From assembly GCA_944389395.1 (NCBI GenBank), contig CALXME010000001.1, positions 480-64,479 on the forward strand: a stretch of 64,000 nt of DNA. Direction: 5' to 3'. The DNA comes from an uncultured Clostridia bacterium. Its GTDB lineage: Bacteria; Bacillota; Clostridia; TANB77; CAG-508. Below are positions 49,289 through 59,391 of this stretch, one piece after another. Made by a program: the position numbers and the translations under genes. The notes beneath the pieces were generated by a model. It saw only the letters and a list, made by a program, of their open reading frames with translations, was not told where the DNA came from and did not search any database. Position 1 is the first letter of the stretch. Each line of letters starts with the position of its first letter.

Positions 49289-49426
49289 CTAATGAGATAA
49301 TTTCCCAAAAGTTAGGCCTGCTGGAAATTTTAGGCTTATTGGTCTGACATATTTGTGATGGTATAATACCAGTATTGCTAATATGCCAGAACTAATGCCT
49401 AGAAAAACTTTTAAAAATTTCTTCAT
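49289..49426 (-). CDS. Small hypothetical membrane protein (45 aa)
   Basis: Internal Met preceded by an AAGGAGA RBS. Product is MKKFLKVFLGISSGILAILVLYHH... Confidence 0.35.
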   Translation of the reverse strand: MKKFLKVFLGISSGILAILVLYHHKYVRPISLKFPAGLTFGKLSH

Positions 49427-49620
49427 AAAAGTCTCCTTTAAAGATAAGGGAATATTCCCAATTGATTTGTTACACTTTTTATTATAGCATGTTTCATGCA
49501 AAATAACAACGCAAAACGCAAAAAATTGATTTTATGTTAAGAAAATGGTATAATTAAATTATAGTACCAATAGTGGTGCAGACCCAAATAAACATAGTAA
49601 ATACATTAAGTAAGGAGGAA

Positions 49621-49881
49621 ATGAATATGTTGAGGGGAGTTGTGAAATCTTTGGTAACTTTTATTGTTTGCTTAGTATTAGGTGTCATTGTTTTCCGGTT
49701 GGATGAGGTTTGGAATCTTTTAAAAGATTTTTATACTCATTTTAGTTGGGAAATGCTGGCAACGGTCTTGTTTACAGGAGTGCTAACCGGGATGAATCTT
49801 ATATTAGAGTGGGGAACATGGAAAAAAGGCCGAAGCGAACGAAAAAAACAAAAAAAGGAGGCAAAAGAGAAGATGAATTAG
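49621..49881 (+). CDS. Hypothetical small membrane protein containing the only ambiguous in-frame CGG (49696-49698)
   Basis: AAGGAGG RBS. The zero frame gives an ~86-aa two-TM protein with a Lys-rich tail. A +1 shift at the CGG would give a ~33-aa peptide ending GWMRFGIF. Local GC is higher than the surroundings. Confidence 0.4.
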   Translation: MNMLRGVVKSLVTFIVCLVLGVIVFRLDEVWNLLKDFYTHFSWEMLATVLFTGVLTGMNLILEWGTWKKGRSERKKQKKEAKEKMN

Positions 49882-50003
49882 TAGCTCTGCTTTGAAGAAC
49901 TACTGTAAAGAGGGATGCAATGCATTCCTCTTAAAAATTTTTACAAAATTGGAATATTTAAAAAAGTAATTGCATATACATATAAAGTATAGGGGGGATT
50001 TAT

Positions 50004-50213
50004 ATGGAATATGCAAAAGATGAAATTTTTAACATCAAGTATAATGCAAAATTAGATAGATTAGAGGTAAAGTCAAATACTAGGTTAAATAGAATATGGA
50101 GAGGGATAAAACATCATAAATTAATAACTACAGCTATGTTGGCATTTGTTATTTTTTCAAGTATTAATATAATCATGATATGGAGTTTTATGAATATTTT
50201 GCAAAACTTCTAA
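50004..50213 (+). CDS. Small hypothetical membrane protein
   Basis: 69 aa with one C-terminal TM, preceded by a GGGGGA RBS-like sequence. Confidence 0.35.
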   Translation: MEYAKDEIFNIKYNAKLDRLEVKSNTRLNRIWRGIKHHKLITTAMLAFVIFSSINIIMIWSFMNILQNF

Positions 50214-50281
50214 AAATATGTTAAAATATTACTATTCTAAAAAAAGGAGGATAGTAGTATTTTTTTGCTACTAAAAAATAA

Positions 50282-51145
50282 ATGAAGCTTGCAAATGAAT
50301 GGAAAGATTATCAAATATTAGATATGGCAGAAGGTCAGAAACTAGAAAGATGGGGAGAAATTATTTTAGCAAGACCAGACCCACAAATAATTTGGAAAGA
50401 GAAAAGCTTTCCTAAAAAGTGGAAAACTGTTAATGCTATTTATCATAGAAGTAAATCTGGTGGTGGTTCATGGGAATTTACAAAAAAGATGCCAAAACAA
50501 TGGCAAGTAAAGTATAAGAATTTAACTTTTAATATTAAGCCAATGGGATTTAAACATACAGGATTATTTCCAGAACAGGCGGTTAATTGGGACTGGATGA
50601 TACAAAAAATACAAAATGCCAAAAGAACAATTAAAGTACTTAACCTATTTGCTTATACAGGTGGTGCAACAGTTGCTTGCCTATCTGCTGGAGCTTCTGT
50701 ATGTCATGTAGATAGTTCAAAGGGAATGACTACCTGGGCAAAAGAAAATGTAATAGCTTCAGGCTTACAAGATAGACCTGTTCGTTTTATAATAGATGAT
50801 GTGGTTAAATTTGTGAACCGTGAGATAAGAAGAGAAAATTATTATGATGCTATTATTATGGATCCGCCATCTTATGGAAGAGGGGCAAAAGGAGAAATTT
50901 GGCAATTTGAAGATAATATTTATGATTTAGTTACTTTATGTTCCAAAGTATTATCTGATAAACCATTATTTTTCTTAATTAATTCTTATACAACAGGAAT
51001 ATCTAGTAAAGTTTTAGAAAATATATTACAACTAACTGTTGCTAAAAAATACAAAGGAAAAATAGAATCAGGAGAAATCGGATTACCAATGCAAAATTCT
51101 CATCTAGTTTTACCATGTGGTATCTATGGACGTTGGGAAAAGTAG
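50282..51145 (+). CDS. Class I SAM-dependent methyltransferase (RlmI/RlmK-like C-terminal domain type)
   Basis: VLNLFAYTGGATVA (SAM motif I) and IIMDPPSYGRG (DPPxY/F-type motif IV). Confidence 0.75.
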   Translation: MKLANEWKDYQILDMAEGQKLERWGEIILARPDPQIIWKEKSFPKKWKTVNAIYHRSKSGGGSWEFTKKMPKQWQVKYKNLTFNIKPMGFKHTGLFPEQAVNWDWMIQKIQNAKRTIKVLNLFAYTGGATVACLSAGASVCHVDSSKGMTTWAKENVIASGLQDRPVRFIIDDVVKFVNREIRRENYYDAIIMDPPSYGRGAKGEIWQFEDNIYDLVTLCSKVLSDKPLFFLINSYTTGISSKVLENILQLTVAKKYKGKIESGEIGLPMQNSHLVLPCGIYGRWEK

Positions 51146-51202
51146 TTGATAATGAGTTGATGAAATGATTTTTGTAAAAAGTAATAAATGGGAGAATAAT
51201 AA

Positions 51203-51892
51203 ATGCAAAATTTAAAAGTGATTTATGAAGATAATCATATTATAGTAGTAGAAAAAATTCCAAATATTCCATCACAATCAGACAAAACAGGAGATATGGA
51301 CATGCTGACTTTAGTAAAACAATATGTAAAGGAAAAATATCAAAAACCAGGTAATGTATATGTTGGCTTAATACATCGACTAGATAGACCTGTTGGGGGA
51401 GTTATGATATTTGCTAAAACTTCAAAAGCAGCATCTAGGTTAAGTGAGCAAGTCAGAGAAAAAGTCTTTCAGAAGGTATATTTAGCAGTAGTGGATGGAA
51501 AACCAGAGAAAGATAAAGGGATTTTGGAAAATTATTTGTATAAAGATGAAAGAAATAATATGAGTAGAGTTGTTCATGAAAATAAGAAAAATGCCAAATA
51601 TGCAAAACTTGAATATGAAGTTCTTTATTATCAACCTTTAAAGAATTTAAGTTTAATAAAAGTTCATTTATATACAGGTAGGCATCATCAAATAAGAGTA
51701 CAATTGGCAAATAGTGGTCATAGTATTTTTGGAGATAATAAATATGGTACGCGTGGTAAAGGAAAACAAATTGCATTATGGGCATATCAGCTTACCATAG
51801 AACATCCAATTACAAAAGAAAAACTACAATTTGTTGATTTACCAGAAAAAATCGGAACATGGTGTATTTTGAAAGAAGTAGATAATATATAA
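51203..51892 (+). CDS. RluA family pseudouridine synthase
   Basis: Catalytic motif HRLDRPVGGVMIFAKT, and HQIRVQLA. Confidence 0.88.
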   Translation: MQNLKVIYEDNHIIVVEKIPNIPSQSDKTGDMDMLTLVKQYVKEKYQKPGNVYVGLIHRLDRPVGGVMIFAKTSKAASRLSEQVREKVFQKVYLAVVDGKPEKDKGILENYLYKDERNNMSRVVHENKKNAKYAKLEYEVLYYQPLKNLSLIKVHLYTGRHHQIRVQLANSGHSIFGDNKYGTRGKGKQIALWAYQLTIEHPITKEKLQFVDLPEKIGTWCILKEVDNI

Positions 51893-52045
51893 TCTATTTC
51901 TTTTTTTTTATGAAATACATTTTTTTATCATGAAAAAATATTTTAAATATTTTATAAAAGAAAATTGCAGTTTCATAAAAGAAATGAGATTTTGAAAAAA
52001 TGACATGATAAAATTCAGGTAATGAAGAAAAAATGAGGTGACAAA

Positions 52046-52672
52046 ATGGTAGATAACATCTGTACATTTTTAACCAATAGGATTCGAAAAGAAATGCCAG
52101 AAGTAGATGATGAAAGAGCGGAAGTTATCTTTTATGGATTGCAAAATATAGTAGGAGAGATACCAAAAATATTCTTATTGTTTGGAATTGCTTACATAGC
52201 TGGTATTTTAAAAGAAACATTTTTTGTTTTTCTTATATTATTGCCTTATCGTTCTGCTTCAGGGGGATTTCATTTAAAAACACATTTAGGGTGTATTTTA
52301 GGAACTTGTACATTTTATTTTGGAATCGTTTTTCTTTCTAAATATATTGTCTTAGGAAAAATGATTAAATATTTAACAGTTTTGCTAGTTTGGATATTTG
52401 GAATGGTTATGATAAAAAAATATGCACCAGCAGATACAGAAAATGTTCCAATATTGGCAAAATCAGAAAGAAAAAAGAAACAAATATTATCCTATATTTT
52501 CTTTACTATTGGATTAATAATATCTATTATAATAAACAATGAAATGTTTTCTAATATGTTCTTATTTGGAAATTTAATCCAAACATTAACAATTACAAGA
52601 TTAGCTTATAAATTAACAAAAAATAAATATGGATATGAAGTATATCAAGATACTTCAATGCAAAATGTTTAA
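52046..52672 (+). CDS. agrB: Accessory gene regulator protein B (AgrB)
   Basis: Multi-TM, ~208 aa, with the conserved R..ASGGFHL.T...C motif (YRSASGGFHLKTHLGC). Confidence 0.88.
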   Translation: MVDNICTFLTNRIRKEMPEVDDERAEVIFYGLQNIVGEIPKIFLLFGIAYIAGILKETFFVFLILLPYRSASGGFHLKTHLGCILGTCTFYFGIVFLSKYIVLGKMIKYLTVLLVWIFGMVMIKKYAPADTENVPILAKSERKKKQILSYIFFTIGLIISIIINNEMFSNMFLFGNLIQTLTITRLAYKLTKNKYGYEVYQDTSMQNV

Positions 52673-52730
52673 TACAAAACGTTTCTAGTGTTTGTGTTAT
52701 ATATATATTACTAAAGAGGGGGGATTTCTA

Positions 52731-52850
52731 ATGATGAAGTTCTTAGCAAAAATGGCTGAAAAATATGCAAAGGCAACAAATAGTGCATGTGTAGTATTAT
52801 GGATTTTACATCAACCAAAAATGCCAGCAAGTTTAATCAAAAAAGATTAA
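52731..52850 (+). CDS. agrD: Autoinducing peptide precursor AgrD (39 aa; not in the supplied ORF track)
   Basis: GAGGGGGG RBS. The product MMKFLAKMAEKYAKATNSACVVLWILHQPKMPASLIKKD has an amphipathic leader, a single Cys and a Pro-containing charged tail, directly downstream of agrB. Confidence 0.7.
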   Translation: MMKFLAKMAEKYAKATNSACVVLWILHQPKMPASLIKKD

Positions 52851-52994
52851 TACCATTGGTAAACGTAGTTCGACAATATGTTTACCAGTGAAACCTTAAA
52901 GTTATATTTATAATCCAAAGAAAAACAGCTAAGAAATAGCTGTTTTTCTTTACAACAAATCTAATAAAAATCTCTACTTAGTAGAGATTTTTAT

Positions 52995-54341
52995 TTAATA
53001 ATATAATTCTAATTGTTGTTTGAAATATTTATCTGTTTTGGTAGTAAAAAGAGAAATGTTATTATTTTTCTTTAAAATATTTTGTACTTCCCATAATCCT
53101 AAACCAGTATGGTTTTCTTTACCAGAAATACCTTTACCAAATATTTTAATTGTATCAACACCTTTATTTTGATAAGTGTTTTCAATAATAATTAATTGTC
53201 TATGATTTTTTTCATCATTTCTAAAAGTTACATTGATTATTTTTTCATCACATTCTTGACTTGCTTCTATGGCATTATCTAATAAAATTCCTAAGATTCT
53301 TGCAAATTCATAAATTTTCATTTTAAGATTACTTAAGTCTAAAAGAAGACTCATATTTACTTTAATATCTTTTGATATTGCTTCATTATATTTATTAGTA
53401 AGTAGATTATATATTCCTGGGTTATTGATAATTTCAGGATTTAGAAGGTATAAATTATTTACTTTTTGACAATCATCTTCTAGTTGTACATAATACTTTT
53501 TAAGACCTTCCATATCATCAGTTTTCACATAGCCACCAATAGTTGTAACAATATTATCAAAATCATGTTTAAAACCTCTTACACTATCATGTAAAATACG
53601 TAGAGTTTTATTATATTCTTCTGCACTTTCTAATTTTTTTGTAGTTACTGATAATTGCATTGTACGTGTTAAACTATAAATACTTAATGCAAAATAGATA
53701 AGCAAAGAAATAAAACTTAAAAATGTGATTACTAGAGGTAAGGTATCTGTGTAATAAAATGCTATTGTTAATTGGATACACAAAGTAAATAAACCTAAAA
53801 TAAGATTAGATATTATAATGTGTTTGTTTTTCTTATCTATTTCATCTAATTGTGAAAAGCCAATGTCTTTATATTTTAAAATAAGGATTATGACAAATGT
53901 AAAAGCATAAACAATAAGCATGTGTAAAATTCTATATATAGGAATTATTTCAGATTGCTCATAAGTAATGTTTAGTAAATTAAGATATGGGTTTAAAATA
54001 AAAATACCAATTAATCCAAATATTAATGAAGGACATACAACGGCAATCAATGTTTTTAAATAACTTTGTTTAAACAAAAAGTATATAATGATAAATAATA
54101 AGACATAATTAACAAAAACATTATAAGGACTAGGAATAAAATATTTAGTTAACAAAGAGATGATAGATGCTAATATTACATAAATAATCTTTTGACAGGA
54201 ATTTGTTTTTATTTTTAGTATAAGAATAAATAGGCTCATCATAAGATATACTTCTATAAACCCCATTGGTATAGATATAAGATTTATTAATCCTTCATTA
54301 GGTGTGCTTAAAGCATTCCAAATATTATTTAATAATTCCAT
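52995..54341 (-). CDS. AgrC-like sensor histidine kinase (HPK10, GHKL ATPase)
   Basis: Six or seven N-terminal TMs, an H-box RGFKHDFDN, and N/G boxes (LLDNAIEA, GLGLW). Confidence 0.85.
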   Translation of the reverse strand: MELLNNIWNALSTPNEGLINLISIPMGFIEVYLMMSLFILILKIKTNSCQKIIYVILASIISLLTKYFIPSPYNVFVNYVLLFIIIYFLFKQSYLKTLIAVVCPSLIFGLIGIFILNPYLNLLNITYEQSEIIPIYRILHMLIVYAFTFVIILILKYKDIGFSQLDEIDKKNKHIIISNLILGLFTLCIQLTIAFYYTDTLPLVITFLSFISLLIYFALSIYSLTRTMQLSVTTKKLESAEEYNKTLRILHDSVRGFKHDFDNIVTTIGGYVKTDDMEGLKKYYVQLEDDCQKVNNLYLLNPEIINNPGIYNLLTNKYNEAISKDIKVNMSLLLDLSNLKMKIYEFARILGILLDNAIEASQECDEKIINVTFRNDEKNHRQLIIIENTYQNKGVDTIKIFGKGISGKENHTGLGLWEVQNILKKNNNISLFTTKTDKYFKQQLELYY

Positions 54342-55038
54342 GATTTTTTATAACCTCCATAAATTCTTGTTTATATTTAGGTCCAATATAGCAAGACGAA
54401 TCATCTGCCAGATATATAGTACAAGTAACAGGATCCACATTTTTAACATTGTTTAAATTAATAACAAAAGATTTGTGACATCTAACAAAATTATCAGGCA
54501 ACTTATCTTCTAATTTTGCAAAAGAGCTGTAAGTATCATAATCACGAGAAGAGGTATGAAAAATTAATTTCATACCATCTCTTTTAATATAGTGAATTTG
54601 TGATTCATCGATAATAGTGTTTTTATTATCGATTTTAATATATTTCTTTGGTAATCCATTAATATCTTCAAACAATCTTTTTACAGTATCTTCTAATCTG
54701 TCATAGGTAATTGGTTTGGCAAGATAATCAAAAGTTTTAAACTTATATGCAACCATAGCATATTCCAAATGACCAGTAGTAAAAATTAAATAAACATTTT
54801 TATTCTTTTTTCTAACTGCTTCTGCTAATTCTAATCCACTTTTGTCAGCTTTTAAATTAATGTCTAGCATAAGGACATCAACTTTATTATCATCTACATA
54901 AGATAAAATATCATCTATGTTATCAGATGTATAACTTACGTTTGCTTCGAAATTATTTTTTACAAATATATTTTCTAACATTGTTTTCAATTTATTTAAA
55001 ATATTTAAATTGTCATCGCAAATTATAAAATTCAACAT
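54325..55038 (-). CDS. LytTR-family response regulator (AgrA-like)
   Basis: Receiver domain (ICDD...LDINL) plus a C-terminal LytTR domain (HKSFVINLNNV). Overlaps the kinase gene start. Confidence 0.88.
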   Translation of the reverse strand: MLNFIICDDNLNILNKLKTMLENIFVKNNFEANVSYTSDNIDDILSYVDDNKVDVLMLDINLKADKSGLELAEAVRKKNKNVYLIFTTGHLEYAMVAYKFKTFDYLAKPITYDRLEDTVKRLFEDINGLPKKYIKIDNKNTIIDESQIHYIKRDGMKLIFHTSSRDYDTYSSFAKLEDKLPDNFVRCHKSFVINLNNVKNVDPVTCTIYLADDSSCYIGPKYKQEFMEVIKNHGIIK

Positions 55039-55368
55039 AAATACAGCCCCCCTTTTTTAATTTATAAATAATATTCGACACAATTTGGAAAATTCCCTTA
55101 TTTTTCCAAAAACAATAACAATATATGCTAAAAAATCTTTCTTGTCAAGGGTAAATTTACAAAATTATCCAATTTAGTAGAATAATTCATGACTGTTTTG
55201 TGTCTAAGTAATAATATAAGTATCAAAATTATGAAAATGACACTAAAAAAATTTTGGTAATATGTAACACTAAGTATGTAAAAAAATAAGTAGTTATTTT
55301 TTTGTACTTTTTTCATATGTATTAAATATAAATAATAAAATAAATAATCATTTTGTGGAGGTACCAGA

Positions 55369-56178
55369 ATGCAAAAAAAAGTAAGTAAAAAAATTATAAT
55401 AATAGGAATATTGATAATAGCTATTTTTTCTTTAAGTATTATACAAATAAAGCAACAGGAAATGATTTCTGTTAGTGCAAGCCAAATAAGTAATAAAAAA
55501 ATAGGGTGGGGAATAAAAAGAAATGATGAGCATAAACAGCCAGATGTAGGGGCAATGAATCAAAATGTATTAGAAGAGAATAATGGAATTTGTTTAGGAA
55601 ATAAAGAAAAAAAATATATCTATTTGACTTTTGATGAAGGATATGAAGCTGGATATACCACAAAAATATTAGAAATTTTAAAAAATAATGATGTAAAAGC
55701 TACATTTTTTATTACTGCTCATTATGTGAATACTCAAGAAGAATTGGTAAAACAAATGCTCGAGGAGGGTCATATTGTAGGAAATCATACTGTGAACCAT
55801 AAAAGTATGCCTGATTTAACAGATGAAGAAATAAGAACAGAGGTGATGGAATTACATCAAGTAGTACAACAAAAATTTGGATATGAAATGAAATATCTTC
55901 GTCCACCAATGGGAGAATTTAGTGAAAGAACATTACAAATTACGAATTCATTAGGATACAAAAATGTAATGTGGTCATTTGCTTATCAAGATTGGGATGA
56001 AAAAAAACAACCAGATGAAGCAAAAAGTAAAGAAAAGATTTTGAAAAATTTACATCCTGGAGAAATTATGTTGTTACACGGAAATTCACAAACAAATACA
56101 AATATTTTAGATAGTATAATTAAAGAAGCTAGAAATATGGGATATGAATTTCATTCTTTAGATGAATTTGAAAAATAG
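55369..56178 (+). CDS. pdaA: Delta-lactam-biosynthetic de-N-acetylase PdaA (polysaccharide deacetylase)
   Basis: Aligns along its length with B. subtilis PdaA: IYLTFDEGYEAGYT, FFITAHYV, EGHIVGNHT.NH, YLRPPMGEFSE, MLLHG. Confidence 0.85.
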   Translation: MQKKVSKKIIIIGILIIAIFSLSIIQIKQQEMISVSASQISNKKIGWGIKRNDEHKQPDVGAMNQNVLEENNGICLGNKEKKYIYLTFDEGYEAGYTTKILEILKNNDVKATFFITAHYVNTQEELVKQMLEEGHIVGNHTVNHKSMPDLTDEEIRTEVMELHQVVQQKFGYEMKYLRPPMGEFSERTLQITNSLGYKNVMWSFAYQDWDEKKQPDEAKSKEKILKNLHPGEIMLLHGNSQTNTNILDSIIKEARNMGYEFHSLDEFEK

Positions 56179-56197
56179 ATAAAAGGAAGAAAATAGC

Positions 56198-56488
56198 ATG
56201 AGAAAAAAAAGATTTGAAAAAATTGAAAAAATGTTGGAGATACCACAAGAGGTATGTTCTAATGTGCCTAAAATTACAATAACAGGATTTGATGAATTGA
56301 CGATTGAGAATTTTAAAGGAATTTTAGAATATGAAGAGTTTTTTGTACGAATTAATACTTATATAGGAATTATTAATATTAATGGTTATCAATTAGGATT
56401 AGAGAATATGTCAAATGATGATATTAAGGTGACTGGAAAAATAGAAAGCCTTGAAATAGAAAGGACAATAGAAGAAAATGCTAATTAA
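56198..56488 (+). CDS. yqfC: Sporulation protein YqfC
   Basis: About 96 aa with ...PKITITGFDELTIENFKGILEYEE..VRINT. Precedes yqfD, as in Bacillus. Confidence 0.75.
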   Translation: MRKKRFEKIEKMLEIPQEVCSNVPKITITGFDELTIENFKGILEYEEFFVRINTYIGIININGYQLGLENMSNDDIKVTGKIESLEIERTIEENAN

Positions 56489-57662
56489 GATTTTATTAAG
56501 TTATTTAATGGGATATGTTAGAATTGAGGTAGAAGGATATTATGTAGAAAGATTTATTAATATTTGTAGAAACCAAGGAATTATCATTTGGAATTTAAAA
56601 AGAGAAAAAAATGTTAGATTAAAATTAAATGCTAGAGCAGAAGAGTTTAGAAAAATATGTCATATCGCAAGAAAAACAAAATGTAAAGTGAAGATAAAGC
56701 GAAAAAAAGGAATACCATTTTTAGTACATAGATATAAGAAGAGAAAATTCTTTTTTCTTTTATTAATAGTATTTATCTTGTTATTAATGGTAAGCTCACA
56801 ATTTGTATGGAATATAGAGATAAAAGAAGAGCAGGGGCAAATACTAGAAAATATAGAACAAGATATAGAAGAAGTAGGACTAAAAATCGGGAAGTGGAAA
56901 GCAGATATTAATACAAAAGAGATTATTAATAAGGTAAGATTGAAAAGGCAAGATATTGCTTGGATGGGAATAGAACTAAAAGGAACCAATGCTATTGTTA
57001 AATTAGTAAAAGCAGAGGAAAAGCCAGAGATTATTGATGAAGAGGAATATTGTAGTATTGTTTCTGATAAAGCAGGAGTCATTACTAAAATTAATGCGCA
57101 AAATGGAACTGCTAATGTAAAGGAAGGAGATGTTGTAAAAGAAGGAGATGTATTGATTAATGGGTGGATGGAAGGAAAATATACAGGAATGAGATATGTA
57201 CATGCAAAAGGTGAAATTATAGCAAAAGTATGGTATACTAAACACAAAAAAATCATGTATCATTCTACGGAAACAGAGGAAACAGGTAATATTGAAGAAC
57301 AATATGAGCTTAAAATTAATAATTTTAAAATAAATTTGCACAAAGGGGTTTCAAAATTTAAAATTTATGATACAATAGAAACAGAAAGTAAATTTAAGAT
57401 ATTTTCAGATTTTTATTTACCCATTTCTATTGTAAAAAAGACCAATAAAGAACTACAAGAAGTCGAAAAAAACTATGAAATAGAAGAAGCAAAAAACATA
57501 GGGATACAAGAATTACAGCAAGAACTGGACCAAGAAATTCAAGACAAAGAAAAAATAGTAAACAAAAATATTAATACTTATGAGCAAGCAGATGGGGTAG
57601 ACATATATGTTACATATGAAGTATTAGAAGAAATAGGGACAAATGAAAAAATTGTGTTTTGA
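56478..57662 (+). CDS. yqfD: Sporulation protein YqfD
   Basis: 394 aa. GYVRIEVEGYYVERFIN.C...I.IWN, a central TM and a C-terminal domain. Overlaps the yqfC end. Confidence 0.75.
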   Translation: MLIKILLSYLMGYVRIEVEGYYVERFINICRNQGIIIWNLKREKNVRLKLNARAEEFRKICHIARKTKCKVKIKRKKGIPFLVHRYKKRKFFFLLLIVFILLLMVSSQFVWNIEIKEEQGQILENIEQDIEEVGLKIGKWKADINTKEIINKVRLKRQDIAWMGIELKGTNAIVKLVKAEEKPEIIDEEEYCSIVSDKAGVITKINAQNGTANVKEGDVVKEGDVLINGWMEGKYTGMRYVHAKGEIIAKVWYTKHKKIMYHSTETEETGNIEEQYELKINNFKINLHKGVSKFKIYDTIETESKFKIFSDFYLPISIVKKTNKELQEVEKNYEIEEAKNIGIQELQQELDQEIQDKEKIVNKNINTYEQADGVDIYVTYEVLEEIGTNEKIVF

Positions 57663-57675
57663 AGGGATGATGTAG

Positions 57676-58881
57676 ATGGAAGAAAAAAGCCTTAGAATAA
57701 CTGGTGCAGATAAAACATTTTTTAATAAAATAACAAAAACTTTAACAAAAATATTGATTCCTACTCAAATAGGAATTAATGGAATGTTAATTTCTATTAA
57801 AAGAAATAGTGTAATAAAAGCTTTTGAAAACTATAAATTAGATACACAAGAATATGATAAAGAGGAATTAGAAAAAAAATATGAAAACTGTTATGAAGCA
57901 TATTTAGAAGCATTAGATAGATATGTCTTAGATACTATTTATAAAAAAGTAAAAAATAATGCCGCATCAGATTTTGAAAAAGATGCATTAGCAAGATATT
58001 ATGAAGTAACTAGTTTAAAAGAATCTGAATATGTGGAATATAAAAATAGAAAACAGAAATATTTAATAGAGTTGGATTATGAAACTGTTAAATTATCAGG
58101 CAAAGAAAAACTAATTGAAAGATACAATAGATTTTATATTTGTAAAATGGATAATTTGTATAAAAGCATTTTAAAAAATTATTCTATTAAATTAGCAGAT
58201 TCTACAAATGTATATGAATCATCAAAAGAGTGGATTTACACAAAAATATTCCATACTTTGGAAGAATATATACAAAATATATTATCTTTAAAAATCCAAA
58301 TAGGAGAAGATAAAAATTTACAAGATGTAATGAAAGAATATGAAAAATTTGAATCTTATCAAGTTGGAAAATTAGATACAAAAGATACTATTGAGAAAAA
58401 TATGATTTTATTGGGAATTAGTAGAAAACTATTTACCCATAGTTTACCTTTAATAGTTGCTTCTCAATGTTATGAAAAATTATTAAAAGATGCTAGAGTT
58501 TTAGTACAAGATACAAAAATTGCTACAAAAAGAGAAAAAGCATATTCTATGTTAATTAATTTAATAGAAGATTATAATGTTAAGTTATTATCTACAAAAG
58601 TATATTGGGAAAATCCAAAAGAAAGAGAAGAATTTAAAAAATTCTGGAACCAGTATCAACAAATTACAAAATTAAAAAGTACGGATTTTATCGAATATGT
58701 TAGACAAAAAGAAATATTATTTATTAAAAACGATATGAAGAAACTGAATAAAGGAAAAACAGATTATAGTAAGATTATTAAATATTATAAAAGAAAATTA
58801 ATTGATTATGGAGCATTGAGAGAATTAAAAAATACATATAAATCAAAAGGAAGATATATAAAAGCAAAGGAAGTTGCATAA
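57676..58881 (+). CDS. Hypothetical protein (401 aa, Lys/Glu-rich, predicted helical)
   Basis: Long ORF with good coding periodicity. No recognisable motifs. Occupies the slot between yqfD and ybeY. Confidence 0.5.
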   Translation: MEEKSLRITGADKTFFNKITKTLTKILIPTQIGINGMLISIKRNSVIKAFENYKLDTQEYDKEELEKKYENCYEAYLEALDRYVLDTIYKKVKNNAASDFEKDALARYYEVTSLKESEYVEYKNRKQKYLIELDYETVKLSGKEKLIERYNRFYICKMDNLYKSILKNYSIKLADSTNVYESSKEWIYTKIFHTLEEYIQNILSLKIQIGEDKNLQDVMKEYEKFESYQVGKLDTKDTIEKNMILLGISRKLFTHSLPLIVASQCYEKLLKDARVLVQDTKIATKREKAYSMLINLIEDYNVKLLSTKVYWENPKEREEFKKFWNQYQQITKLKSTDFIEYVRQKEILFIKNDMKKLNKGKTDYSKIIKYYKRKLIDYGALRELKNTYKSKGRYIKAKEVA

Positions 58882-59360
58882 TGTTATATGAGATAGTATA
58901 TCAAGAAATAGATGAAAATGAAAAATATGAAAAAGTAATAAAGAAAGTACTGAAAGAATGTTTTAAAGAAGAAAATATCCAAGATTCTGGGTTATATATT
59001 ACCATTACTTTGACAAACCCAGAGTACATTAGGAATATTAATAAGCAATATAGAGGGATAGATAAAGCAACTGATGTGCTTTCTTTTCCTATGTTCGAAA
59101 AGGACGAGTTAGATAGAAAAATAAAGGAAAAAGATTTTCTGCCAGAAGATGTATTAGGAGATATTATTATTTCTATTCCAAAAGTAGAAGAACAAGCAAA
59201 AGAATATGAACATAGTTTTGAACGTGAATTAAGTTATATGGTGGTACATGGCTTTTATCATTTGATGGGATATGATCATATACAAGAAGAAGATAAGAAA
59301 ATAATGAGAATAAAAGAAGAAAAGATTTTGTATTCATTAAAAATAGGACGAGATATTTAA
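58881..59360 (+). CDS. ybeY: rRNA maturation endoribonuclease YbeY
   Basis: Zinc motif HGFYHLMGYDH, and ATDVLSFPM. Confidence 0.92.
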   Translation: MLYEIVYQEIDENEKYEKVIKKVLKECFKEENIQDSGLYITITLTNPEYIRNINKQYRGIDKATDVLSFPMFEKDELDRKIKEKDFLPEDVLGDIIISIPKVEEQAKEYEHSFERELSYMVVHGFYHLMGYDHIQEEDKKIMRIKEEKILYSLKIGRDI

Positions 59361-59391
59361 ACAAAATATATTTATATAGGAGGATGAAAAA

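Noticed and set aside
55128-55316. 62-aa minus-strand ORF upstream of the LytTR regulator
   Set aside because: Hydrophobic low-complexity product with no convincing RBS. It lies in the divergent promoter region between the response regulator and pdaA.
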